From the NCBI GenBank assembly GCA_963701075.1, contig OY969559.1, positions 1,152,001 through 1,216,000 on the forward strand: a stretch of DNA of 64,000 nt, given 5' to 3'. Numbering within the stretch: the stretch's first letter is position 1; every line of letters starts with the position of its first letter. Positions 10,717 to 21,942 of the stretch are shown here, in pieces. Below the pieces are notes generated by a model. The model worked only from the letters and a program-made list of their open reading frames with translations, made no database searches and had not been told where the DNA came from. Origin of the DNA: an uncultured Nitrososphaerota archaeon. Lineage in GTDB: Archaea > Thermoproteota > Nitrososphaeria > Nitrososphaerales > Nitrosopumilaceae. Position numbers and translations under genes: made by a program.

Positions 10717-11889
10717 TTGCTGAGGGTCTCAGAAATTCCAACAAAGAAAGCCAAACATGTAAACAAGTTTGGTAAGCTTGTTTTGGAAGATGGCACTGTT
10801 TTTGATGGAATGGGTTTTGGTTATTCTACAACTGTTTCAGGCGAGGCTGTCTTCAATACAGGCATGTCAGGTTATACTGAAGCGCTAACTGACCCGTCAT
10901 ACAGTGGACAGATTCTGACTCTTACTTATCCATTGGTAGGAAATTATGGCATTCCAAATGTTTTGGAAAAAGATGAAGATGGCATCAAAAAATATATCGA
11001 ATCTGACAAGATACAGGTGCGGGCACTTGTGGTCCACGAATTATCCATTACTGCAAGCCACTGGAATCTTGCCATGACGCTAGATGAATGGCTATACAAC
11101 GAAAAGATACCTGGAATTTCAGGAATTGATACAAGGGCACTTACGACAAAACTTAGGACACAGGGCGTCATGATGGCAATACTTGCCGTATCTGAAAAAG
11201 AGATTGACGAACAAGCGCTCAAAGCACAACTTGCATCTGCCAAAAAATACAACGATGATGAATTCATGACTGTGGTATCCACCAAGGAACCCAAGACATA
11301 TGGTACCGGACGAGAGTCGATCGTGGTAGTAGACACGGGTGTAAAAAATGCAATACTGCGCAATGTCATAAAACTTGGATACAAAGTAATCTGCGTTCCG
11401 TGGAACTATTCTGTGGAAAAGATTCTCTCCTACGAACCAAAGGGCGTTGTGATAGCAAGCGGTCCTGGGGATCCAATAAAATGCGGTGAGACCATGGACA
11501 CTGCAAAAGCTTTGATTGAAAAAAATATTCCAACGCTTGGAATATGCCTTGGTGCGCAGATTCTAGGTCTTGCTGGCGGTGCAAGCACATACAAGCTAAA
11601 GTATGGCCATCGGGGACAGAACAAGTCATGCATTGACTTGGATACAAAACAAGTCTACGTGACAAGCCAGAACCATGGATATTGTCTTGACCCAGATTCT
11701 CTAAAGAACACTGATTTCAAATTATGGTTTACAAATACTGATGACAAAACGGTAGAGGGAATACGACACAAAGAAAAAAAGATTCTTGCAGTACAATTTC
11801 ATCCAGAAGCGTCACCTGGTCCTTTTGATTGTATGTTTATTTTTGAAGAGCTTAAACGACTCATAGGGGAGGACAATGCCAAAAGATGA
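10717..11889 (+). CDS. carA: Carbamoyl-phosphate synthase small subunit
   Basis: LEDGT..G, FNTGMSGY.E.LTDPSY.GQ, GICLG, QFHPE. Confidence 0.97.
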   Translation: MLRVSEIPTKKAKHVNKFGKLVLEDGTVFDGMGFGYSTTVSGEAVFNTGMSGYTEALTDPSYSGQILTLTYPLVGNYGIPNVLEKDEDGIKKYIESDKIQVRALVVHELSITASHWNLAMTLDEWLYNEKIPGISGIDTRALTTKLRTQGVMMAILAVSEKEIDEQALKAQLASAKKYNDDEFMTVVSTKEPKTYGTGRESIVVVDTGVKNAILRNVIKLGYKVICVPWNYSVEKILSYEPKGVVIASGPGDPIKCGETMDTAKALIEKNIPTLGICLGAQILGLAGGASTYKLKYGHRGQNKSCIDLDTKQVYVTSQNHGYCLDPDSLKNTDFKLWFTNTDDKTVEGIRHKEKKILAVQFHPEASPGPFDCMFIFEELKRLIGEDNAKR

Positions 11890-14800
11890 GTCGCTAAAAA
11901 AAATATTGGTTCTTGGCAGTGGGGCAATTAAAATCGGAGAAGCAGGCGAAAGTCACAAAATGACCGCCAGTTCGACTACTCCGGTAGCCAATGTCTCAAG
12001 GCCATAAAGGAAGAAGGGATACAAAGCATTCTTGTAAATCCAAACATTGCAACAATTCAAACTGACACAAGGTTTGCAGACAAGGTGTATTCAATTCCGG
12101 TAAACCCCCAGTACGTAGAGTCCATCATAGAATCTGAAAGGCCAGACGGCCTGATGCTTGGATTCGGTGGACAGACTGCTCTGAACTGTGGAGTAAAACT
12201 CGAAGAGATGGGCGTGCTAAAAAAATATGGGGTGCGGGTGCTGGGTACACAGGTGGCAGGGATTCGGGCAACCGAAGACAGGCAACTCTTCAAGGATGCC
12301 ATGATAGAGTGCGGCGTTCCAGTACTGAAAAGTAAGACAGTTTACAACTTTGAGCAGGCAAAAGAGATTGCAAATGAGCTTGGCTATCCTGTAATCATAC
12401 GTGTTGCATACACATTGGGCGGAAAGGGTGGAGGAGTGGCACACAATGAAATCGAGTGACACGAAATAGTGACAAGGGGCCTTAACGCAAGTCTTGTGGG
12501 GCAGGTACTAATTGAGGAGTATGTGGGGCACTGGAAGCAGATAGAGTATGAGGTCATGGCAGACTATGATGGTAACAATGTAATAATTTGTAACATGGAA
12601 AATGTTCTTTCAATGAGGGTGCATACTGGTGACAATATAGTTGTGGCACCATCGCAGACACTTGATAATTTAGAGTACCAGATGTTAAGGTCTGCAGCAC
12701 TAAAGGCAGCACGTCATGTTGGTATAGTTGGTGAGTGCAACATACAGTTTGCACTAGATGCAGATTCTGACAAGTATGTTGCAATAGAGATGAATCCAAG
12801 ACTCTCGCGCTCGTCTGCACTTGCAAGCAAGGCCACTGGATACCCAATAGCATACATGGCAGCAAAGATTGGGATGGGTCACACACTTCCTGAGCTTGTA
12901 AATCGTATAACAAAAACCACCACTGCGTGCTTTGAGCCCTCACTTGACTATATCGTATGCAAGCATCCGCGATGGGACTTTGGCAAGTTTGAGCTTGCAA
13001 ACCGCAGCCTTGGACCTACAATGAAATCAGTAGGCGAGGTAATGGCAGTGGGAACATGTTTTGAAGAATCATTTCAAAAAGCAATTAGGATGCTTGAGAT
13101 TGGAAACGACGGACTTGTTGCAAACCGAACCCCTGACAAGATTTACGATGTCGAGGATCTGGAAGACAAGCTGCAAAAGCCAGATGACCATATACTATAC
13201 CACGTAGCAGCAGCACTGCGGCAGGGAATCTCAGTTGAGAGAATCTACAAGCTTTCTGCAATAGACCCGTGGTTTGTAGAAAAAATTAAAAACATTGTAG
13301 AGACTGAGAAAAATCTCAAGGAATCAAATCTTGATAAAAATACATTGAGTGCTGCAAAAAAACTTGGATTCTCAGACAAGCAGATTGGAAGGCTGACAGG
13401 AAAAGACGACATGGAAGTTCGAAAGATGAGAAAAGAGTCTGGAATTGTACCTGTAGTAAAACGAATAGACACCCTTGCAGCAGAGTGGCCTGCCCAGACA
13501 AACTATCTATACCTTACATATGGTGGAAAAACAAATGACTTTGAGGTAAACTCTGATAATGAAAAGATAGCGGTGCTAGGCGCAGGGCCATACCGCATTG
13601 GGAGCAGCGTAGAGTTTGACTGGGGAACAGTAAACATGGTTTGGGGGCTCAAGGAAAATGGCGTAAAGGAGGTCTCTGTGATAAACTGCAACCCCGAAAC
13701 CGTATCGACTGACTATGATATCTGTGACAGGTTGTACTTTGAAGAGTTGACACTTGAAAGGGTTCTTGATATTGCAGAATTTGAAAAGTTGACAGGAATT
13801 GTGACTGCAGTAGGGGGCCAGACTGCAAACAACTTGACACCGAAACTTGCAAAACATGGAATTAAGATAATTGGAACGTCATACGAGGATATCGACAGGG
13901 CAGAAAACAGGTCTCACTTTAGCAAGGTGCTTGATAATCTTCACATAAGGCAGCCCCCATGGCAGGCGTTCTCAAGTTTGTCTGATGCTAAAAAGTTTGC
14001 ACTAAAGGTGGGCTATCCGGTTCTTGTAAGGCCATCTTATGTGCTAAGCGGCGCTGCAATGAAAGTTGTCTGGTCAGAAGAACAACTCAAAAAATATCTG
14101 GACGAAGCAGCCAATGTCTCGCCAGACTATCCTGTCGTTATTACAAAGTTCATGCTAAACTCACTTGAGGCCGAAGTGGATGGAGTCTCAGATGGAAAAA
14201 ATGTTGTAATCGGTGCAGTAATAGAACACATTGAAGGGGCAGGTGTGCATTCTGGAGATTCCATGATGTGCATCCCTCCATGGAGCCTTTCCAACAAGGT
14301 CATTGAGACAATACTTGATTATACGAAAAAAATTGCAAGTGCGTTTACAATAAAGGGTCCGTTTAATCTGCAATTTCTTATCAACTCTGATCAGGTCTTT
14401 GTAATTGAGCTTAACATCAGGGCATCGCGCTCCATGCCGTTTGTGTCAAAATTTGTCAGGATGAATCTTATCAGTCTTGCAGCACGGGCAGTACTTGGAA
14501 AACCTCTTCCGGCAATTCCACATGACAGGTGGCGCAAGATACACAACTATGGAATCAAGGTACCGCAGTTTTCATTTATGCAACTTGAAGGTGCTGATGT
14601 GATACTTGGAGTGGAGATGCAGTCAACAGGGGAAGCTGCATGCTTTGGCGAAAGCTTCTATGATGCACTAGCAAAGGGGTTAATCTCTGTAGGGTACTCT
14701 TTGCCAAAGGAAGGATCAGTATTGATAACAGCGGGAGGCTCTGAGAACAAGGAGAAACTCTTGCAGACTGCACTCTTGCTCAAAAGTCTTGGCTACAAGA

Positions 14801-15138
14801 TTTTAGCAACAGAGCACACTGCAGAATTTTTGTCAGACAAGAGGATAGGGGATGTGCAAATTGTATACAAGATTAGCGAGCCCCAGCGCAAGCCCAACAT
14901 TGCAGACATGCTGTACCAGCACAAGATTGATTTTATCATAAACGTGCCAAGCACATCGACACTTGAAAAATATGTCGGCATGTTGTACGACGAGTACCAG
15001 ATAAGAAGAAAGGCAGTAGAGCTTGGCATACCTGTGCTGATAACAACGGAACTGGCAGACTCTTTTGCAAAGACACTAGAGTGGTTGAGGCACAACGAGA
15101 CCACCAAAAAGCCACTAGAGCCGTACGAGACAATTTGA
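11876..15138 (+). CDS. carB: Carbamoyl-phosphate synthase large subunit: exon 1 11876-11950, putative intron 11951-11970, exon 2 11971-15138 (in-frame TGA at 12457-12459 is a likely read error)
   Basis: ILVLGSGAIKIGEAGE|FDYSGSQ, EMNPRLSRSSALASKATG, second ATP-grasp, MGS-like domain. Confidence 0.95.
11951..11970 (+). other. Putative 20-nt bulge-helix-bulge (BHB/BHL) mRNA intron in carB
   Basis: GGCG-AA^A-GTCA-CAAAA-TGAC-CGCC-AG^T; removal gives GGC GAA TTC GAC (GEFD) in frame. Confidence 0.82.
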
Positions 15139-15195
15139 TAGATATCTTCTACCGATACATTGAATGAAAAAATCTTGAAGTCTTTGAAAGAATCT

Positions 15196-16212
15196 TTATC
15201 TTTGGATTTCAATGCCAAGGCTTTTTCTTAATACCTTGGAAAGATTTCTTATTGTCACGCTGCTAATGCCTGATGCCCGTGCGAGTTTATCTTGAGTGAA
15301 CTTTTCCTCATTTAGTAATCCTGACATGTAGATGGCAGTTGCTGCAAGTGAGACGGGGTTCTTGCCATTGGTTATTCCCTTTTCTTTTGCCCTGTAAAGT
15401 ATGTCAAGTGCATCCCTTTTTGCCTTCTCGCTTGAACCAATAGCTGTTCCTATCTTTGATACAAATTCTGATGGATCAAAGGCATCTATTTGCAAGCCAA
15501 GCGTATTGACAAATATTCTATAGTTCCTTGAAAGATCCTTGACTGTTATGTTTCCTTCATGTGCAATATCGCTCAGGGTCCTTGGAACATTTGATTCCCT
15601 GCAGGCTATGCATAGTGCGGAAAGAATCATTCCTTTTATGGTTCTTCCCCTGACTATGTTTTTTGTAAGTGCCTTTCTGTATAGGTAGGCGGCTCGCTCA
15701 ATTACTGCATCAGAGATCTCAAGCTTTGACTGTATTGATGACATTACCGCAAACGCCGCACGCAGGTTTCGCTCAGCAGAGTTTGTCTTGCTTCTGCTAT
15801 CCCATGTTCTCAACCTGTTGAATGTATACTTCATGTAACCTGAGATGGAGTTTCCTGCCGCATCTCTGTTTGCGTTTCCAATTATTGTTGAGAGTCCCTT
15901 GTCATGGATGGAAAGCGTTGACGCCATTCCTGTCCTTGTATTATTGTTATAATCTTCTAGCGTAAACGATCTTTGTTCAGGCGTTGTATCCTCCACCTTG
16001 TCTACTAGTACAGCACCACAACTTGCGCACAAGATCTCACCGCGTACGGCATCCGTAATTAGAGGGCCGTGAGATTCTCTGCCCTGAACGCACGCGTCCT
16101 TGGCGCTTTTTTGAACTATACATTTCTGTCTGGATTTATTATTAACTACCAAATGTATATCTACTATAGTTATGAAAGTATTTAAACATACAAGTAAGGG
16201 ACTGGATATCAA
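15196..16212 (-). CDS. tfb: Transcription initiation factor IIB paralogue (true start uncertain, probably near 16120)
   Basis: GEILCASCG Zn ribbon, HDKGLST.I, two cyclin repeats, GKNP..LAA. Confidence 0.93.
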   Translation of the reverse strand: MISSPLLVCLNTFITIVDIHLVVNNKSRQKCIVQKSAKDACVQGRESHGPLITDAVRGEILCASCGAVLVDKVEDTTPEQRSFTLEDYNNNTRTGMASTLSIHDKGLSTIIGNANRDAAGNSISGYMKYTFNRLRTWDSRSKTNSAERNLRAAFAVMSSIQSKLEISDAVIERAAYLYRKALTKNIVRGRTIKGMILSALCIACRESNVPRTLSDIAHEGNITVKDLSRNYRIFVNTLGLQIDAFDPSEFVSKIGTAIGSSEKAKRDALDILYRAKEKGITNGKNPVSLAATAIYMSGLLNEEKFTQDKLARASGISSVTIRNLSKVLRKSLGIEIQR

Positions 16213-16231
16213 GTAAAGGCGTGGTAAGTAT

Positions 16232-16852
16232 CTATTGGTACCACTGGTGTGTTATTGCCTGTATCTCTCCAAACGCCTTTGCCAAATTGTTTGACTTGGC
16301 ATCTTCTGCTCCATTCATTCCCTCTGCAAGTATTCCTTTTACCTCGCTGAACCCCATGAATTGAAACTCTGCATTTGAAAGGGAGACTGCATGCTCCCAT
16401 GCCTTCATGGGGCCAGTGCTGTACGAGCCTCCGCTAGAAACGATTGTCAGCGCTTTTTTTCCTTTCATTAATCCTGAATACTTTCCATCCTGTGCATTCC
16501 ATGTGTGACCCTTTAGCATGATGGAATCAAACCATGCCTTGACTACCGCAGGCATGGAAAAGTTGAACATTGGATATGCAAGAACTATGATATCAGATGA
16601 TTTTACCTGCTCTATCATTTTATCCATCTTGGACAGGAGACTCTTTTGTTCTGCTGATATGTCCTGCTTTAGGTAATCGCGCTGGATATAGGCCATGAGG
16701 TTGTCAGCCAAGAATAGGTCTGGAACGTCTTTGGCAAGATCAAGCTCTTCAATTGACGAGTTTTTTACCTTAGACTTGAACTCTGCTAAAACCTTTCTAG
16801 TGTTAGAGCGCTCTCCGCGAGGAATATATTTTACAACAAGTGTCTTGGTCAG
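16232..16852 (-). CDS. FMN-dependent NAD(P)H azoreductase/quinone reductase (flavodoxin-2 fold)
   Basis: YPMFNFSMPAVVKAWFD and SSGG; the frame extends upstream of the listed ORF (TKTLVVKYIPRGERSNTR) to ~16852, after an AGGTGA. Confidence 0.88.
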   Translation of the reverse strand: MTKTLVVKYIPRGERSNTRKVLAEFKSKVKNSSIEELDLAKDVPDLFLADNLMAYIQRDYLKQDISAEQKSLLSKMDKMIEQVKSSDIIVLAYPMFNFSMPAVVKAWFDSIMLKGHTWNAQDGKYSGLMKGKKALTIVSSGGSYSTGPMKAWEHAVSLSNAEFQFMGFSEVKGILAEGMNGAEDAKSNNLAKAFGEIQAITHQWYQ

Positions 16853-16945
16853 CTGTTTTCACCTAAATTTTCTATACTAGATATAGAAAGGTAAGTATTT
16901 AAATCAGCGAGTAACTACCTGTAAATTAACTGAGGCTGTGGTAAG

Positions 16946-17356
16946 TTGAAAGAAGAAGAGTGTAGAATACTTGCAGATAGCATGAAAGCGTGTCCCATTG
17001 ATAATACATTTGCAATAATTGGTAAAAAGTTTACAGTACACATTTTAAGAAACATGACTAGACTGAATCAGACCAGGTTCAACGAGTTTCTTGATACCAT
17101 TGATGGCATAAACCCAAAGACCCTGTCGGCTAGACTTCGTGAGATGGGAAGAAACGGGCTCATTGAGAGAAAGATCTATCCTGGCACTCCTGTGCGAATA
17201 GAGTATTCCATGACTGACAAGGGCAAGGCACTAACCCCAATTTTGGAACAGATGGCGGCATTTTCTATGCAGTATTGTGCAAAAGACGTCTTCAAGGACG
17301 GCAAGCCTCGCGCATTCAAGCAAGTGTTTGAAAAATCTCCAAGTATTGTAAAATAA
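16946..17356 (+). CDS. HxlR family winged-helix regulator
   Basis: CPID...IIGKKF..IL, RFNE, LSARLREM...P.RIEYS.T.KG; divergent from the azoreductase. Confidence 0.92.
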   Translation: MKEEECRILADSMKACPIDNTFAIIGKKFTVHILRNMTRLNQTRFNEFLDTIDGINPKTLSARLREMGRNGLIERKIYPGTPVRIEYSMTDKGKALTPILEQMAAFSMQYCAKDVFKDGKPRAFKQVFEKSPSIVK

Positions 17357-17520
17357 AACTCTAAAAATTTACTGTATTTGCCTTGATCTAGTCTGATTTT
17401 TCCAAAAGCCTGGGTCTATTTACCATGTTCGTGCTTTTTGCTTTGACTCTAAATCTTGTACATCAATTGATAAAAACAATTGATATCATTTTTTATAATT
17501 TCAAACCAAGACGAAAGAAA

Positions 17521-18102
17521 ATGCGGGCATTATTGTTATTGGCAATACTGGCATCGTGCGCCTTGCTAGTTCATACTGCATCTGCAACCGCCTCTACTGG
17601 AGGCATGGGGGATGCGGTAAAACAAGAAAAAATCTCTCTTGAATATTATACTCTTCCAGTATTTATTGGAGTTTTTACGTACCAGTCAAGTGATCCGACA
17701 GTTGATTCGCCGCCAAGCATCAGTACTTCCTATGGGACCTCGATGGTGCTCAACTCTACCTCTAATAATACAAACGATACTGTCGCCTGGCTTTCACAAT
17801 TCAGCCCATTTACGCCGCAAAATGCATACGCCACATTTGTCTCTCAGCTAAATCAAACCGTTCAGGCTATTTTCTTGGGCCAGTTCAATTATACAATGCA
17901 GAAAACAGATGATGGTCTTGCTGCCATGACCCAAGTTGAGCAAAATGGAGGAAATGCTAGCCAGGCAAGAGAAGCATTCATTGAAAATGCTACTGCCTCT
18001 AGAAGCGATATTACAACTGTCAACAACAACCTCAATGTACAGTATGCCCATGCAAACAGTACAGTACAAGCCGAGTTTGACAAATACGGAAACTTGCGCT
18101 GA
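17521..18102 (+). CDS. Secreted hypothetical protein
   Basis: Signal peptide MRALLLLAILASCALLVHTASA; Ser/Thr/Asn-rich. Confidence 0.7.
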   Translation: MRALLLLAILASCALLVHTASATASTGGMGDAVKQEKISLEYYTLPVFIGVFTYQSSDPTVDSPPSISTSYGTSMVLNSTSNNTNDTVAWLSQFSPFTPQNAYATFVSQLNQTVQAIFLGQFNYTMQKTDDGLAAMTQVEQNGGNASQAREAFIENATASRSDITTVNNNLNVQYAHANSTVQAEFDKYGNLR

Positions 18103-18171
18103 TCCTACAAAATCAGGCTTGCTGACATTGGTTTGAAGAATCAGTACAGGCAATATTTTACAAGTCTTGCT

Positions 18172-18921
18172 CTAAAGAACACTTGATACCATTGATTCAT
18201 TGCCAATTATGGAACCGTCAAGTGTTACTATCTTTGCAGACTTGAATCTCTTGATTGCATTAATTAATGGCGAGATTGATTTTTTGTAGGATTTCTTAAA
18301 TGTCGCATAAAAATACTTGTTAAATGATGGTACAATAATAATTTCTATCTCTCCTGTTGTTGAAGGAAAGATTTGGCTCTTTTCTGCCTTGATTGAAACC
18401 CATACTCGCTGGCCGTCCAAGACCGACCCTTCATGAAAATATACTGGATGAAGATGGCCCATCACAATCTTGTTTATCTGGGACAAGTTCTCAGAAGGCA
18501 TCACGTGCCCATGGGTCAATAGCGTATCGTCAATCACAATGCCTGATGAGCTGGATACAGTTACCCAGTCTGGCACAAGTTTCTGTATATTTCCGTCGTG
18601 GTTGCCTGGAATCACAATGGTCTCAATCTTTTTTCCAATCTCAAAGAAGAGTGGCACCATGCTCCATTCTATCTTTGATATGGACTCTACGCTTGATTTT
18701 ACATCGCCTAACAATATCAGCGAATCTGGCTTTTCTGATTCGATGATTTTTTCCAAGATTTGTACAGTTTCTGCAATGATCTCTTTTGGGCCTATGTGGA
18801 TATCATTTGCCATGATCTTGCTCTCAAAGCCGATGTGCAAGTCTGTCACAACAAGATATCTCTTTGTGTCCTCTAAAATAAGGGCAGGCTGTGACTGGAC
18901 TAATCTTGTCAGGACCATCAA
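18172..18921 (-). CDS. Calcineurin-like metallophosphoesterase
   Basis: DLH, GD, GNHD, HGH and GHLHP motifs. Confidence 0.9.
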   Translation of the reverse strand: MMVLTRLVQSQPALILEDTKRYLVVTDLHIGFESKIMANDIHIGPKEIIAETVQILEKIIESEKPDSLILLGDVKSSVESISKIEWSMVPLFFEIGKKIETIVIPGNHDGNIQKLVPDWVTVSSSSGIVIDDTLLTHGHVMPSENLSQINKIVMGHLHPVYFHEGSVLDGQRVWVSIKAEKSQIFPSTTGEIEIIIVPSFNKYFYATFKKSYKKSISPLINAIKRFKSAKIVTLDGSIIGNESMVSSVL

Positions 18922-18953
18922 AGATAATACGATTAGTTTTGAATTAAATTCTT

Positions 18954-19256
18954 GTGAAAGGACGAGGAGATGCTGACTCTATTGTATCTGACAGGGGAGT
19001 AAAATTGCACCACTTTGAGCCAAGCGGGAGAAAGATCTGGACCGTAGTTGGAAAGGAAAACGAGCACTGGCTTGACCCTGAGTTGGGGTTTTGCTCATGT
19101 GCAGATTACTATTACAATGCGTTGAGTACGGGCGGTGAATGCTATCATCTAAAAGCAGTAAGAATTGCAAAGGAGCAGAAAAAAATAGAGACTGTAAAAT
19201 TTTCTGATTCAGAGTTTGAGAGTTTTATTTCTGCTCTTGTCAGAGAGTTACTGTGA
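18954..19256 (+). CDS. SWIM zinc-finger protein
   Basis: CSC-x11-CYH. Confidence 0.8.
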   Translation: MKGRGDADSIVSDRGVKLHHFEPSGRKIWTVVGKENEHWLDPELGFCSCADYYYNALSTGGECYHLKAVRIAKEQKKIETVKFSDSEFESFISALVRELL

Positions 19257-19536
19257 ACAAGTCTTCTTTTGCAACGCCCTTCCAAAGACCAATCATGCCT
19301 TCTGGCTTTACTGGTTCGACCTTTGTTATCTTTTGAATCTTGATGTGGTCGGGGTTTGGTGGCATCCAAAGCATTGCCATGTAATCACCTATGATGCCTA
19401 CTGCATCAGGCTTTGCAGACACTATCTTGTCTTTTACAAATCCCTTTGATACTAATGCATCAATTGCCTTTTGCTCAAGGTCTCGTCTGCCGTGGGTGAA
19501 AAGATAGACTGATTTTTGCGAGTCTATTGTGCTCAT
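19240..19536 (-). CDS. Hypothetical protein
   Basis: Likely start MSTIDSQK at 19536; the longer ORF would overlap purD. Confidence 0.65.
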   Translation of the reverse strand: MSTIDSQKSVYLFTHGRRDLEQKAIDALVSKGFVKDKIVSAKPDAVGIIGDYMAMLWMPPNPDHIKIQKITKVEPVKPEGMIGLWKGVAKEDLFTVTL

Positions 19537-19634
19537 GGTACCACAAGCTTTGCAATCGTTAATCAATATTTCGAAGTTGTGAGATTTTTGCCAAAACTGG
19601 TTGTTAGCTTTTATACGAGCCAGATGAAGAAAAA

Positions 19635-20903
19635 TTGTTGATTGACATTCTAGTTGTGGGCTCTGGCGGACGCGAGCATGCACTTGGGTGGAAACTAGCG
19701 CAGAGCCCAAAAGTTGGAACGATATATCACGCGCCAGGAAACGGTGGAACTTCAAATAATGTAGAAATCGAGGTGCACGAGATTGAAAAACTTGCACAAT
19801 TTGCATCTGAGAAGAAATGTCTTACAGTTGTAGGGCCTGAGGTTCCTTTAGCTGCTGGAATTGTGGATGCATTTGCAAAAAAAGGCCTTGCCATATTTGG
19901 TCCAACCAAGGATGCGGCAAGGCTAGAGTCAAGCAAGGTCTGGGCAAAAAATTTTATGAAAAGAAACGGCATCCCGACTGCACGCTTTGAGATATTCGAT
20001 GATGCAACAAAGGCAAAAGAGCATGTAAAATCAGTTGACTATTCCCTTGTAGTAAAGGCAGATGGACTGGCAGCTGGAAAAGGCGTGATTGTATGCAATG
20101 ACAAATCAGAGGCAATCTCTGCAATTGACAAAATTCTAGTTGAGAAGAGCTTTGGGGCATCAGGTGCCAGAATTATTTTGGAAGAGAGAATTGATGGTGT
20201 AGAAGCATCGTATATTGCAATCTCTGACGGAAATGTTGCATATCCGATGGCCACAAGCCAGGACCATAAGAGGATCTATGACGGTGACAAGGGACCAAAC
20301 ACCGGTGGCATGGGCGCATACTCTCCAACAGGTGTCATTGATGATTCCCTGGCAAAAGATATACAAAAAAATGTAATTGAAAGGACGGTATCCTCTATGA
20401 AAAAAGAAGGAACTCTGTTTTGTGGATTTTTGTATGCTGGAATAATGGTAAAAGACGGCAAGCCTTTTGTTTTAGAGTTTAATGCAAGGATGGGCGACCC
20501 AGAGTGCCAGCCAATAATGATGAGGATGGACTCTGACCTGCTTGATTACATTCAAGCAAGCATTGATGGTACCATGTCCAGCCTTCCTCCAATATCGTGG
20601 AAGCGCCAGAGCGCTGTATGCGTTGTCTTGGCATCCAAGGGATATCCGGAATCTTATCCAAAAAACGAGGAGATACTGGGTCTTGATATTCAAGACAAAA
20701 ACTCGTACGTCTTTCATGCCGGAACAAAGCGTGTAGATGGCAAGGTCTTGACTAATGGCGGACGTGTACTGGGCGTCACGGCAACAGGGGACACGTTACA
20801 GGGTGCAATATCATATGCTTATGACAGAATTGAAAAGATCAGCTGGCCAAGCAAGTACTGCAGAACTGATATTGGAAAAAAGGGCCTTGCACTGCACAAG
20901 TAA
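19635..20903 (+). CDS. purD: Phosphoribosylamine--glycine ligase
   Basis: GSGGREHAL, KADGLAAGKGV, GPNTGGMGAY, EFNARMGDPE. Confidence 0.97.
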   Translation: MLIDILVVGSGGREHALGWKLAQSPKVGTIYHAPGNGGTSNNVEIEVHEIEKLAQFASEKKCLTVVGPEVPLAAGIVDAFAKKGLAIFGPTKDAARLESSKVWAKNFMKRNGIPTARFEIFDDATKAKEHVKSVDYSLVVKADGLAAGKGVIVCNDKSEAISAIDKILVEKSFGASGARIILEERIDGVEASYIAISDGNVAYPMATSQDHKRIYDGDKGPNTGGMGAYSPTGVIDDSLAKDIQKNVIERTVSSMKKEGTLFCGFLYAGIMVKDGKPFVLEFNARMGDPECQPIMMRMDSDLLDYIQASIDGTMSSLPPISWKRQSAVCVVLASKGYPESYPKNEEILGLDIQDKNSYVFHAGTKRVDGKVLTNGGRVLGVTATGDTLQGAISYAYDRIEKISWPSKYCRTDIGKKGLALHK

Positions 20904-20997
20904 AACTGCATTTTGACGCAAGAGATGACAATTTGGCAAAAATAATCTTTTGCCAAAAACGAAGGAAAAACTGTCTGCCGCAAACCCGTTTGAATTG

Positions 20998-21846
20998 TTA
21001 TCTGTTTGCCAAACTTGTTTCAAGCTGCAAGCAATTTTCAAAAACAAAATAACTGCTCTGCTTGCTTGCACAATAGTGGTATCCCATGGCGTTAGAATAA
21101 TCCTGGCTATTGCCGCTAGTTTGGTATGTCGGAATAGCGCTTAGGTCAACGGGCATTGGTTGGGAATTTACATACTTGTACCAATGGTCTCCGTCATAAG
21201 AATAAAAATCATACATAAAGTTTTGATAAAAGCAATACCGGGTTAGCTCGCCGTTTGGGGGATCGCAATATGCGTTCTGCGGGTTGTCAAGCATGTTCTG
21301 CCAGTCAAGGTTTTGGTCGTCTCTTGTATTGTTGAGCATGGCAGGAAGGTGATTTTGTTGTGTTGCAGGCATTACCAGACTAAAACCAATTGTTAAAACA
21401 ATTCCTGCAAGCGCATAAATCCAGATTCTCTTCCTTTTTGTCCCAAGGCTGCCCCTTTTCTTAAAATTTGCAACAGGTTCATTTTCCATTTCAATATCAT
21501 CGTACCACTTTTTCCTTGCATCTTCTGTTTTTATGCTCTCGTCACTTGATCTGACCTTGTCCCAAAAATTTTCATATTGGGTATCTCCTAAATCCTTTTT
21601 GGAATTGAGATATTCATCGTACTCTTTTCTTGTCTCTGGGTTTTTGAGAATCTCATACGATTCTTGAATCTCTTGGAAGCGTTTTTCCCATGCCTCTTTC
21701 TCAATTGGCGGATTTCTATCAGGATGTGTTGTTCTTGCCTTTGCTCTATAGGCTTTTTTTATTTCTGCCTGCCCTGCTGTCGGTAAAACCCCCAAAACAT
21801 CGTAAGCGTTTCTGATGTTTGAGAATCTGTCAATGTTAGAGGCCAT
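20998..21846 (-). CDS. J-domain protein with one TM segment and an extracellular C-terminus
   Basis: Y.VLGV...EIKKAYR...HPDRN; hydrophobic segment in the middle of the protein. Confidence 0.85.
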   Translation of the reverse strand: MASNIDRFSNIRNAYDVLGVLPTAGQAEIKKAYRAKARTTHPDRNPPIEKEAWEKRFQEIQESYEILKNPETRKEYDEYLNSKKDLGDTQYENFWDKVRSSDESIKTEDARKKWYDDIEMENEPVANFKKRGSLGTKRKRIWIYALAGIVLTIGFSLVMPATQQNHLPAMLNNTRDDQNLDWQNMLDNPQNAYCDPPNGELTRYCFYQNFMYDFYSYDGDHWYKYVNSQPMPVDLSAIPTYQTSGNSQDYSNAMGYHYCASKQSSYFVFENCLQLETSLANR

Positions 21847-21942
21847 CTTTTAATTTTCTCCAAAAATTTGCAATTATTAGACTTTTTATGTTTTCCAATC
21901 CTCTCATACTGTATACCCTATACTTGTTATAAAAAAGTCAAG

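Noticed and set aside
12457-12459. In-frame TGA in carB as selenocysteine or programmed readthrough
   Set aside because: The position corresponds to Leu in E-L-H-E, and the expected GAG CTN contains AGCT, the error-prone motif in this window.
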